Assembly (NCBI RefSeq): GCF_004010195.1
Contig: NC_057750.1
Coordinates: 20,339,964-20,367,195 of the forward strand
Origin: Chiloscyllium plagiosum
Lineage: Eukaryota
DNA length: 27,232 nt
Direction: 5' to 3'
Numbering within the stretch: the first letter of the stretch is position 1; every line of letters starts with the position of its first letter. The notes beneath the pieces are model-generated. The model did not search any database. It was not told the origin of the DNA and saw nothing but the letters and a program-made list of their open reading frames with translations. The position numbers and the translations under genes are program-made. Of the stretch, positions 11,488-21,175 are shown one piece after another.

Positions 11488-11911
11488 TAGAGTCATAGAG
11501 ACATACAACATGGAAGCAGACTCTTCGGTCTAACTCATCTTTGCCGACCAGATATCCTAGACACACCTAGTCCCATTTGCCAGTGTTTGGCTCATATCCC
11601 TCTAAACCCTTCCTATTCATATATCTATCCAGGTGCTTTTTAAAACACTGTAACTGCACCAGCTTCCACCACTTCCTCCGGCAGTTCATTCCATTCACTC
11701 ACCAAACTCTGCAAGAAAAAGTTGCCCCTCAATACCCTTGTCCTCCCACCTAAAACCTATACCCTCTACCCTCTAGTTTTTGACTCCCTTACTCTAGAGA
11801 AAAGACCTTGTCTATTCACCCGACCCATGCCCCTCATAATTTTAAAAACCTCTAAGGTCACACCTCAGCCTCCGATATGCCAGAGAAAAAGATTCCACCC
11901 TATTCAGCCTC
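11488..11911 (-). mobile_element. CR1 LINE 3' end
   Basis: Tail agagtcatagagacatacaacatggaagcagactcttcgg; ORF2 C-terminal relic cctcataattttaaaaacctctaaggtcac. Confidence 0.8.
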
Positions 11912-13490
11912 AGAGCAGATGCCATGGAGGCGGAGAAATTGGGAATGAAGGATAGCGTTTTTACAGGAGGTGGGGTAGTCCAGGTAGCTGTGGGAGTCAG
12001 CGAGTTTAAAGTCGATGTCAGTGTTGAGTTGGTCGCTGGAAATAGAGATGGAGAGGTCCAGGAAGGGGAAAGAGGTGGTCCCAGGATGACCAATTTCACC
12101 GTAGAACGTCCCAAACGGCCTCCTTCTTCAAAGACCACAATTTCCCCTCTCATGTAGTCGATGATGCCCTCCAGTGCATCTCCTCCACTTCCCGCACCTC
12201 TGCCTTCGAACCCCACTCCTTCAATCACAACAAGGAGACAAACCACCCCCACTACCCAGTCCTCACCTTCCACTCAACCAACCTCTGGATGCATCACGTC
12301 ACCCTCCACCATTTTCACCACCTACAAACAGATCCCACCACCAGGGATATATTTCTCCTCCTACCCCGATCTGCGTTTTAGAGAAACCATTCCCTCCACG
12401 ACTCCCTTGTTAGTTCCATGCCCCCGACCAACCCACCCTCCCTTCCTGGCAGTTTCACCTGCCACAAGTAGTGAAAAACCTGTACCCACACCTCCCCCCC
12501 TCACCTCCGTCCAAAGCCCCAAAGGATCCTTCCACATCCGACAGAGATTTCCCTGTACTTCCAAACACATCAACTGCTATGTCCGTTGCTCTTGATGTGG
12601 TCTCCTCTACATTTGGGAGACAGTACACCAACTTGCGGAACATTTCAGAGAACAGTGGGCGGCACGGTGGCACAGTGGTTAGCACTGCTGCCTCGTAACG
12701 CCAGAGACCCAGGTTCAATTCCCGCCTCAGGCGACTGACTGTGTGGAGTTTGCACGTTCTCCCAGTGTCTGCGTGGGTTTCCTCCGGGTGCTCCGGTTTC
12801 CTCCCACAGTCCAAAGATGTGCAAGTCAGGTGAATTGGCCATGCTAAATTGCCCGTAGTGTTAGGTAAAGGGGTAAATGTAGGGGTATGGGTGGGTTACG
12901 CTTCGGCGGGTCGGTGTGGACTTGTTGGGCCGAAGGGCCTGTTTCCACACTGTAAGTAATCTAATCTAATCTAAAAAAAAAACAGCTCTGGGACACATGC
13001 ACTAAACAACCCCACTGCCTTGTGGCAGAACACTTAAACTCTCCCCGCCCACTCCACTAAGGACATGCAAATCCTGGGCCTTCACCACCACCAAACTCTA
13101 GCCACCTGACACCTGGAGGAAGAACGCTTCATCTTCTGCCTTGGGACTCTCCAACCACATGGAATCAGTGTAGATTACACAAGTTTCTTCACTTCCCCTC
13201 CCCCCACCTTATATCAGATGCAACCTTCCAACTGGACACTGCCCTCTTGAACTGTCCATCTTCGTTCCCACCTGTCCGTTCCACCCTGCTCTCCGACCTA
13301 TCACCTTCAGTCCTACCTTCATCGACATATCGCAATCCCAGCTACCTTCTCCCCAGCCCCAGCCCCCCTCCCATTTATCTCTCAGCTCCCTTAGGCCACC
13401 CTCTCATTCTTGATGTAGAGCTTATGCTCAAAACTCTCCTGTTCCTCAGATGCTGCTGCACTGGCTGTGCTTTTCCAGCACCATACTTTG
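11912..13490 (+). mobile_element. Penelope-like element relic (RT C-terminus, GIY-YIG endonuclease, pseudo-LTR) with inverted 5' segment
   Basis: Minus strand ~11912-12078 encodes FPFLDLSISISSDQLNTDIDFKLADSHSYLDYPTSCKNAILHSQFLRLHGICS. Plus strand continues SQDDQFHRRTSQTASFFKDHNFPSHVVDDAL, then FPCTSKHINCYVRCS*CGLLYI (GIY-YIG) and LVAEHLN. Decayed hammerhead-like ttgatgta-gagc-ttat-gctc-aaaac at 13410-13434. Confidence 0.85.
12656..12980 (+). mobile_element. Full-length young HE1/V-SINE-type SINE nested in the Penelope GIY-YIG region
   Basis: Head gggcggcacggtggcacagtggttagc (A box), ggttcaattcc (B box), CpGs retained, (AATCT)n + A tail; AACAG repeated on both sides. Confidence 0.93.
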
Positions 13491-13779
13491 GATTCGTGAC
13501 AGTTATTTCCAGAATGTAACTTGCATCCTCTGCAGAGAAAACCAATGCAAAAGACCTGTTCAACTTCAGACTCATTTTCGTGAGGACCAAAGCTCAGTTT
13601 GTTAACTCTTTCTTTCCAAACTACAGATTGGATGTCCTCTCTTCACGTGCCCAAAAGCAGAGAAGATCTAAAAATTTAATGTATTTTGAAAGCAGACCGC
13701 AACAAACTTGGAGACACACCAAATTTGAGGCCTTTGGAAAAGATCTTGGCTTTTCGGTCTTACCAGGCTATTTACAAAT

Positions 13780-14340
13780 CAGAAAACTGGAAAAGAAATA
13801 TAAGCTCAAAAAAATGGCAAAGAGATGAGAAACAAGGCCAAAATTAGAATATGAGAGAAAACAAGCTAGAAATATAAAGTCAAATAGTAAATGTTTCTAG
13901 CTGGTTTTCTCTCATATTCTAATTTTTTTCTTCCTTTTTCATCTTTTTGACATTCTTTGCTCAGTTAACATTTCTTCCCATCTTCAGAGATGTGACACAT
14001 CTTTGCATATTTACTTGATTTCCCTTTAAGTTTGATACTTTATTTAAATATTTTAGTTAACTACAAATGGTGGATCTGTCCCTTGGAACTTTTCTTCCTT
14101 GCTGCAAAGTATCCATTTTGCATATTATGAATATCCCTAAATGCTTGGCCATCTCTCAAGTAACCTTACCCTTAAACTGGATTTGCCTTCATAATTGCCC
14201 TTGAGCTTAAAATACGAGTCTTGCACCAACTACTCTCTTCCTCAAATTGAATGTAAAACTCAATCATATTTTGTTCACAGTTACCTTAGGATGCCTTCAG
14301 GACAAGGTCTCACTGAATTTCAGGTTTAGAAATTACTGAT
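13780..14340. mobile_element. Decayed CR1 ORF2 fragments in opposite orientations (fold-back)
   Basis: Plus strand reads KLEYERKQARNIKSNSKCF, resembling the CR1 linker before NPKxF; the inverted counterpart continues from ~13891. Confidence 0.6.
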
Positions 14341-14930
14341 TTCTGTATAGAGACACAATGTGCTGTTCGCAGAAGTGATCCTGAAAATAATCTGTGCGGT
14401 CCTCTTGCTCCCTTCTGGTTTTTCCACTCCACGCCCAAGTTAAAATCCCCCTTGATTATCACAGCACCTTTCTGACAAGCTCCCATTGTTTCTTTCTTCA
14501 TACTCTGTTCTACCATATGACTATGGTTAGAGACCTGGACACCATTCACATCTTGGTGCGATTATTTTTCATCTATATCCAAGTCTTTTCCATACTGAGG
14601 TTTCATAATTAGATCATTCCCCCTCTATTCAACTAATAGCAGGAAATTAACAGAGCTACCTTTAACACCTCAAGTCCTCTGGGCAACCCCACATTAAGGG
14701 GCACTGATTGCAACATCAGACAGTTTTCTCAATGGTCAGATTCTATTGTGAGTCTGCTGACAGTGAGCCCAGTTGCACCATTCTCCAGGGTTCAATCAAC
14801 CTCACCCCTCACCTCATCATCCAATGAACAGCTTCCATCTATGGTGGTGGTAATAGGAGGTGACAGATGGTGGCAGTCAGGGCAGGACAGGCCAAACTCT
14901 GACCAAGCTAAGAAACCATGTGCTACTCAC

Positions 14931-15021
14931 CCCCTCATTCGCCAGTCTTGCCAACCGATCTGAATACAATGCTTTCACGACCTTGTTGAACAATTTGTTC
15001 TGAGTTGCAGTCCATCCCAAC
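14931..15021 (-). CDS. KANSL3: KANSL3 coding exon 3 (91 nt, phase 2-0)
   Basis: Acceptor tctactctccAG. Encodes (R)LGWTATQNKLFNKVVKALYSDRLARLANEG. Donor GG|GTGAGT. Confidence 0.95.
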
Positions 15022-15689
15022 CTGGAGAGTAGACACAGGATAAATGGACCTGACACACAGGGACAACAAAGACTGCGGAGGACCATTAACATCATGACAG
15101 AAATCACCCAATCAGTTGAACATGGAAAGAAGAACACCTTTGAGCTTCTTCCACCAGCTCAGATTTCAGGGGAGGGGGGAGAAGGGAGAAAACACAAGTC
15201 TGAGGAAATCGAAGAGACACAACCAGTTACACTACCAACCAGTGAATGTGGCACTCACTCTCCAAGCAGGTGCAATGGCAACAGAGAAACTGTGAGAAAA
15301 AAATCAAGTTCTCAGAGCGAACTTAGTGTGAGGAAGTGCAATTGTGAGAGTCAGAGGGACCTCACAGATGTAGGTCAAAAGACAATTGATATAATCCCAG
15401 CTAATATTAATACAGGTCAAATCAGATCTCAGAGTGAGACCTAACTTGATAGATCATATGGTTAATTTTGAAGTTTTTAACAATATTAGCTCATGACTAA
15501 ACATACTTATTCAAGACTGTCAATGTTTTTTAACAGAAGTACACAAATTTGTTGTATGAAAGGGAAGAAAAAACAAAGTTACATGCAAGCCTAAGACAGT
15601 TCAGAAAGATTTTAAATGTTTCCCCCTTTTCCCCAATAGTATACTTAACAGGTACTCAACCCAGTGAAATGTCAATCCTACCTTTAGAG

Positions 15690-15950
15690 CAGACTGAGAG
15701 GGGACCCAATAGAGGTGTATAAGATTATGAGGGACACGGACATGGTGGAGAGGGAGCGGCTGTTCCTCTTATTTGAAGGGTTAATAATAAGAAGGGGACA
15801 TTATCTCAAGCTGATAATTTCAATTTCAAGGGGATTTGAAGAAATTTTTTTTCACCCCGATTGTAGGGGTTATCTAGAACGTACCACCTGGGGCATACTT
15901 GAGGGAGAAAACCTCAACTTTTAAAAAGCTACTTGGATGACTACTTGAAA
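15690..15950 (+). mobile_element. CR1 3' fragment (decayed)
   Basis: RLRGDPIEVYKIMRDTDMVERERLF-like ORF2 C-terminus. Confidence 0.7.
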
Positions 15951-15964
15951 GGTCATAAAGGTCT

Positions 15965-16804
15965 CACCATAACTAGGAGAGCTAAGAGAGGGCATGAAAA
16001 ATCTTTGGCGGATAGGATCAAGGATAACCCCAAGGCATTTTATGCGTATGTGAGAAACATGAGAATGACGAGAACGAGGGTAGGTCCAATCAAGGACAGT
16101 AGTGGGAGACTGTGTATTGAGTCGGAAGAGATAAGTGAGGTCTTGAATGAGTACTTTTCTTCAGTATTTACAAACAAGAGGGACCGTATTGTTGAAGAGG
16201 AGAATGTGAAATGGACTGGTAAGCTAGAGGAGATACTTGTTAGGAAGGAAGATGTGTTGGACATTTTGAATAATATGAGGGTAGACAAGTCCCCCGGGCC
16301 TGACGGGATATATCCTAGGATTATGTGGGAAGCAAGAGAGGAAATTGCAGAGCCACTGGCAATGATTTTTTCGTCTTCACTGTCAACAGGGGTGGTACCA
16401 GGGGACTGGAGAGTGGCGAATGTTGTGCCCCTGTTCAAAAAAGGGAATGGGATAACCCCCGGGAATTACAGGCCAGTTAGTCTTACTTCGGTAATCGAAA
16501 GGGTACTGAGGGATAGGATTTATGAGTATCTGGAAAGACACTGCTTGATTAGGGACAGCCAGCACAGATTTGTGAAGGGTAGGTCTTGCCTTACAAGTCT
16601 TATTGAATTATTTGAGGAGGTGACCAAGCATGTGGACGAGGGTAGAGCAGTGGATGTACTATACATGGATTTTAGTAAGGCATTTGAGAAGGTTCCCCAT
16701 GGTAGGCTTATGTGGAAAGTCAGGAGGCATGGGATAGAGGGAAATCTGGCCAATTGGATATAAAACTGGCTAACCGGTCGAAGTCAGAGAGTGGTGATAG
16801 ATGG
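15965..16804 (+). mobile_element. Young CR1 LINE ORF2 (reverse transcriptase) fragment running into an assembly gap
   Basis: ORF 15933-16763 contains KSPGPDGIYPR, WRVANVVPLFKKG, NYRPVSLTS, QHRFVKGRSCLTSL and DFSKAFEKVPH, the canonical CR1 RT motifs. Confidence 0.95.
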
Positions 16805-17020
16805 NNNNNNNNNNNNNNNNNNNNNNNNNNNNNNNNNNNNNNNNNNNNNNNNNNNNNNNNNNNNNNNNNNNNNNNNNNNNNNNNNNNNNNNNNNNNNNNN
16901 NNNNNNNNNNNNNNNNNNNNNNNNNNNNNNNNNNNNNNNNNNNNNNNNNNNNNNNNNNNNNNNNNNNNNNNNNNNNNNNNNNNNNNNNNNNNNNNNNNNN
17001 NNNNNNNNNNNNNNNNNNNN
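16805..17020. other. Assembly gap (N run)
   Basis: Read directly. Confidence 0.99.
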
Positions 17021-17608
17021 TAGAAATTGAACCCATGTCACTGAAACATTAGCCTATGGCTCTGAATTATTGGTCTTGTTATTGTTACTGTGTCACCAAT
17101 TTCCTCTAGAATGATAAAGAAAATAGAGGAGCTGCAAGACATGTATTTTTAAAAGACTGACTACCTGACTCAGTGTAAATGTAGATTTTCCTCCATGGAC
17201 ACCAGTTTGACAGGGAGAGCCTCAGATACATATTCTAGTCATCTGCCTGTTTGTCAAAACGAAAACAGCAGAAGTCTGGAATGGCTTTCAGGCAACAGTT
17301 TCAGGTCTGCCTGATACCAATGTCCAGCAAAGGTTTGAACGTTCAAAACTTTTGAATCATCTGAGGGTGTTGGCTTTATAGAGGGAAACAGAATTTATAT
17401 TTCACATTGCCTTTGTCTTCTTCAGCCTCTTGGATCAGATGCTCACAGGAGCAATCTTCAATGATTCCTATATGGGAATGTTCACTGAACTCAGGCAGAA
17501 GGAAAAGAAATTGGAGGCTGGTGGTGATGCTTGCTACCTCACTTTCTTAGTTACATGATTTACACAGACCAAAGAAATCTCATGAAATTCCCTAATTGTT
17601 GTGAAGCT

Positions 17609-17807
17609 GCGATGTGGAAGTGCTGGTGTTGGACTGAGGTGGACAAAGTCAGAAGTCACACAACAGCAGGTTATAGTCCGACAGGTTTAGTTGAAATCAC
17701 AAGCTTACGGAGCGTTGACTTCACCTGACAAAGGAGCAGTGCTCCAAAAGCTTGTGGTTTCAAATAATCCTGTTGGACTATAACCTGGTGTAGTGTGACT
17801 TCTGAAA
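17609..17807. mobile_element. Miniature fold-back element derived from a Penelope-like pseudo-LTR, with 10-bp TSD
   Basis: TTGTGAAGCT at 17599-17608 and 17808-17817. Inverted arms ~17649-17713 and ~17741-17805. Decayed hammerhead ctgacaa-aggagc-agt-gctcc-aaaagct. Confidence 0.75.
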
Positions 17808-17959
17808 TTGTGAAGCTTGATCATGATACTATCAAGTACTAGAATAATCTTCAAGAGCTTTCAACAAGTTCTTCAAAAGATTTTAAAGACAGGATGCGAT
17901 TTTTATAAAGCAAATTGTGAAGGCTGGATTTATCCATTATGATAGTAAAAACACCAGTG

Positions 17960-18263
17960 CATATAGAGTAGACAGTCAGAAACTTTTTCCCCGGGTACAA
18001 TAGAGTGTTACAAGGGGACATAAATTTTAAGGTGAAGGGTGGAAGGTATAGGGGGGATGTCAGGGGTAGGTTCTTTACCCAGAGAGTGGTGGGGGCATGG
18101 AATGCGCTGCCTGTGGGAGTGGCAGAGTCAGAATCATTGGCAAACTTTAAGTGGCAATTGGATAGGTACATGGATGGGTGCTTAAGCTAGGACAAATGTT
18201 CGGCACAACATCGTGGGCCGAAGGGCCTGTTCTGTGCTGTATTGTTCTATGTTCTATGTTCTA
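17960..18263 (+). mobile_element. Young CR1 LINE 3' end
   Basis: FKVKGGRYRGDVRGRFFTQRVVGAWNALP ORF2 end; tail gggccgaagggcctgttctgtgctgtattg(ttctatg)n. Confidence 0.9.
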
Positions 18264-19259
18264 ACATTCAAGGGCATGAGTGCTTGAAATGTAGATGTAG
18301 AGCAGCTTTTGTAGATGTATACTCGTTGGGCCAAATGATCTCTTCTGTACTGTAAGACACTGTGATTCTATCATAACTCTTTAAATTTCTTATTCAGCTG
18401 ACTCTTGCCAGTTGAGATTCCCTTGATAGTTATCTGGATTCTTTCTTGGTTTTCATAGTCAACCGATTTCTATCCAGTGCCAATAGCCGAAATCATTTTT
18501 CAGTTCTGTCAGCTTGAAACCTTGGACACAAACACTCAGTTGGAGACGTCACAAACTAATCTGTCCTTCTGCACTACGAAACCTGATTGTTTCAAACTGA
18601 ATTCAAACCACACCTGGCTCTGGTCTGTTGTTGTAGACCAGAATAAACTCCATCAAAATTTATTCAGATAGAACATAGAACATCACAGTGCAGTACAGAC
18701 CCTTCAGCCCTCAATGTTGCACTGACTGTGAAACCAATCTGAAGCCCGTCTAACCTACACTATTCCATTTTCATCCATGTCTTTCCAAAGACCATTTAAA
18801 TGCCCTTAATGTTGGCGAGTCTACTACTGTTGCAGGCATTCGATTCCACGCCCCCTACTACTCTGAGTAAAGAAACTATCTCTGACATTTGTCCTGTATC
18901 TATCACCCCTCAATTTAAAGCTATGTCCCTCATGCTAGCTATCATCATCCGAGGAAAAAGGCTGTCATTGGCCACCCTATCTAACCCCCTGATTATCTTG
19001 CATGTCTCAATTAAGTCACCTCTCAACCTTCTTCTCTCGAACAAAAACAGCCTCAGGTCCCTCAGCCTTTCCTCGTAAGACCAGGCAACATCCTTGTAAA
19101 CCTCCTATGAATCCGCTCCAAAGCTTCCACATCCTTCCTAGATTGCAGTGACCAGAAGTGGACGCAATACCCCAAGTGCGGCCACACCAGAGATTTGTAC
19201 AGCTGCAGCATGATCCCATGGCTCTGAAACTCAATCTCTCCACCAACAAAAGCTAACAC

Positions 19260-20109
19260 TTGTTGCAATGCTGGTGCCACAGCCACGGTTGGTATTGCTT
19301 ATGGCTGAAGCTGTTGCCCCTCGACAGATGGATCTCACGTCACCAAGGACAATGACCCTGGTTGCCGTACCCCTTTCGGCAACCACCAACACAGCAGCCG
19401 CCTTCTGTCCCCACAGTGGTCATCAAACGGTAAAGCACTACTGTCCACAGAAAGCGACCAGCATTGCCACTGTGGCTGAGTGCATCCTGGAGTGGTGGCC
19501 ATTACCAAAGCAGGCAGGGCCCTGCGGTTTTGGCTATTATGACGAGGAAGACCAACTCGGCAGCCAACTACAACATGGAGGCCTGCAGCCCCGGCCCAGC
19601 TACTCCGTGAGGTCACCGCCCAGTAAAAACCTGTTGCGCATGCCGGGGGCCCCACTTCCCTGCAAACAGCTAAGGAGCAGGAGGTGAGGAGAGTTCGGCA
19701 CAGAAAAGATCTGGAGTCAGGAGGCAGTCTCCGAAAAGAGCGACGGTATCAGCCAAAGTATTGCGTCAAAGCCCTAAGGCTTCAAAAACTCTCAAAAGGT
19801 TGATGTCCAAGTCGAGGAAAAGCACTGGGCAGCAGCCACCACAACCAGGCCCGCTGTAAAGCAGCAACTTGAGACGAGAAGGTGGAGCCAACGGCCCACG
19901 GACAGAGATAGGTTCCTCTCAGAACCTCTTAAAACATTTCCACAAAAGAAGCTAACAGGCCTTAAAAGGATGTAGTTATTTTAAAAGTTTTGTTGTTACT
20001 GCGTGGTGACAGAATTTACTAAGCATTTACCGAGAAAACTTTTTTTGTTGTGTTAAAACTACACGGCCACTAAATAAAATAAAACTGCTGTTCCTTAAAA
20101 GTAAAATAC
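19260..20109 (+). other. Unidentified ~850-bp insertion with 10-bp flanking direct repeat
   Basis: AAGCTAACAC at 19250-19259 and 20110-20119; removing the insert restores contiguous CR1. GC/CpG-rich body, AT-rich end with AATAAAATAAA shortly before the right junction. Strand inferred from the poly(A) signal only. Confidence 0.75.
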
Positions 20110-20181
20110 AAGCTAACACACCGAATGCCTTCTTAACAACCCAATCAACCAGGGTGGCAACTTTCAGGGATCTATGTACAT

Positions 20182-20529
20182 TCAAAGTTTGTGCAAAGAT
20201 TTGTAGCTCGGGTGCTCGTTGTTGTGGTTCTGTTCGCCGAGCTGGAAGTTTTTGTTGCAAATGTTTCGTCCCCTGGCTAGGCGACATCATCAGTGCTTGG
20301 GAGCCTCCTGCGAAGCGCTTCTTTGATGTTTCCTCCGGTGTTTATAGTGGTCTGTCCCAGACCAGCTGAAACTGACAACCGGAAGCGGCAGGGACAGACC
20401 ACTATAAACACCGGAGGAAACAACAAAGAAGCGCTTCGCAGGAGGCTCCCAAACACTGATGATGTCGCCTAGCCAGGGGACGAAACATTTGCAACAAAAA
20501 CTCCCAGCTCGGCGAACAGAACCACAACA
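20182..20529. mobile_element. Penelope-like pseudo-LTR inverted pair 1
   Basis: Minus copy ~20182-20357 and plus copy ~20364-20529 (runs into the gap); each has CTGATGA..GAAAC. Confidence 0.85.
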
Positions 20530-20881
20530 NNNNNNNNNNNNNNNNNNNNNNNNNNNNNNNNNNNNNNNNNNNNNNNNNNNNNNNNNNNNNNNNNNNNNNN
20601 NNNNNNNNNNNNNNNNNNNNNNNNNNNNNNNNNNNNNNNNNNNNNNNNNNNNNNNNNNNNNNNNNNNNNNNNNNNNNNNNNNNNNNNNNNNNNNNNNNNN
20701 NNNNNNNNNNNNNNNNNNNNNNNNNNNNNNNNNNNNNNNNNNNNNNNNNNNNNNNNNNNNNNNNNNNNNNNNNNNNNNNNNNNNNNNNNNNNNNNNNNNN
20801 NNNNNNNNNNNNNNNNNNNNNNNNNNNNNNNNNNNNNNNNNNNNNNNNNNNNNNNNNNNNNNNNNNNNNNNNNNNNNNNNN
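20530..20881. other. Assembly gap (N run)
   Basis: Read directly. Confidence 0.99.
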
Positions 20882-21170
20882 AGCACATTCTTCAGCCCTT
20901 CCAGGTCCTGAATTCCCCAAGGAATGTACTGTGGGTTTCTCCTCTCTTTTACAAGCAGCAGTAGCATCCTTCCCAGTTGGCCCTTTTTCCCTTTACCTGA
21001 GCTACTTCTCAATAATTCCCCCTTGGGCTCTGAGTCTGATGCTATTTCCACTTCCTCCCATTCTTTAGGTACTGGAGACTTTTTCTTTCCTTGTCTCTCT
21101 TCATCCCTTTCCACTTCCTCTGCGTCACGTTCACTTCTTTTCTCATCAGCCCCCCTTTCATATCACCATG
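20882..21170 (-). mobile_element. Retroviral/LTR-element Gag-like fragment
   Basis: Charged low-complexity linker followed by RMLLLLVKERRNPQYIPWGIQDLEGLKNV, resembling the YxPW/FxxxDL motif at the capsid N-terminus of fish ERV Gag; recognition only. Confidence 0.55.
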
Positions 21171-21175
21171 AGTAT

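Noticed and set aside
12656..12730. tRNA gene
   Set aside because: A and B boxes are present but run directly into the SINE core and tail; this is a tRNA-derived SINE head, as in the other copies.
14700..14830. Possible intronic snoRNA or LF-SINE-like relic downstream of exon 3
   Set aside because: No convincing C/D or H/ACA boxes, and similarity to an old SINE is too weak to call by eye.
15094..15444. 116-aa ORF (likewise 25702-26139 and 9417-9761)
   Set aside because: Antisense intronic ORFs with no recognisable motifs or splice support; consistent with chance.
15933..16763. 276-aa ORF as a host gene
   Set aside because: It is a CR1 ORF2 fragment with a premature stop; its N-terminus is borrowed from an adjacent decayed fragment.
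16712..17052. ORFs containing long X runs (also 20290-21114)
   Set aside because: Artefacts of translating through N gaps.
19261..20110. Solo LTR (TG...CA ends)
   Set aside because: The TG/CA reading needs an extra base on the left, the duplication is 9-10 bp rather than 4-6 bp, and there is no terminal inverted repeat beyond TGT/ACA; kept as unidentified.
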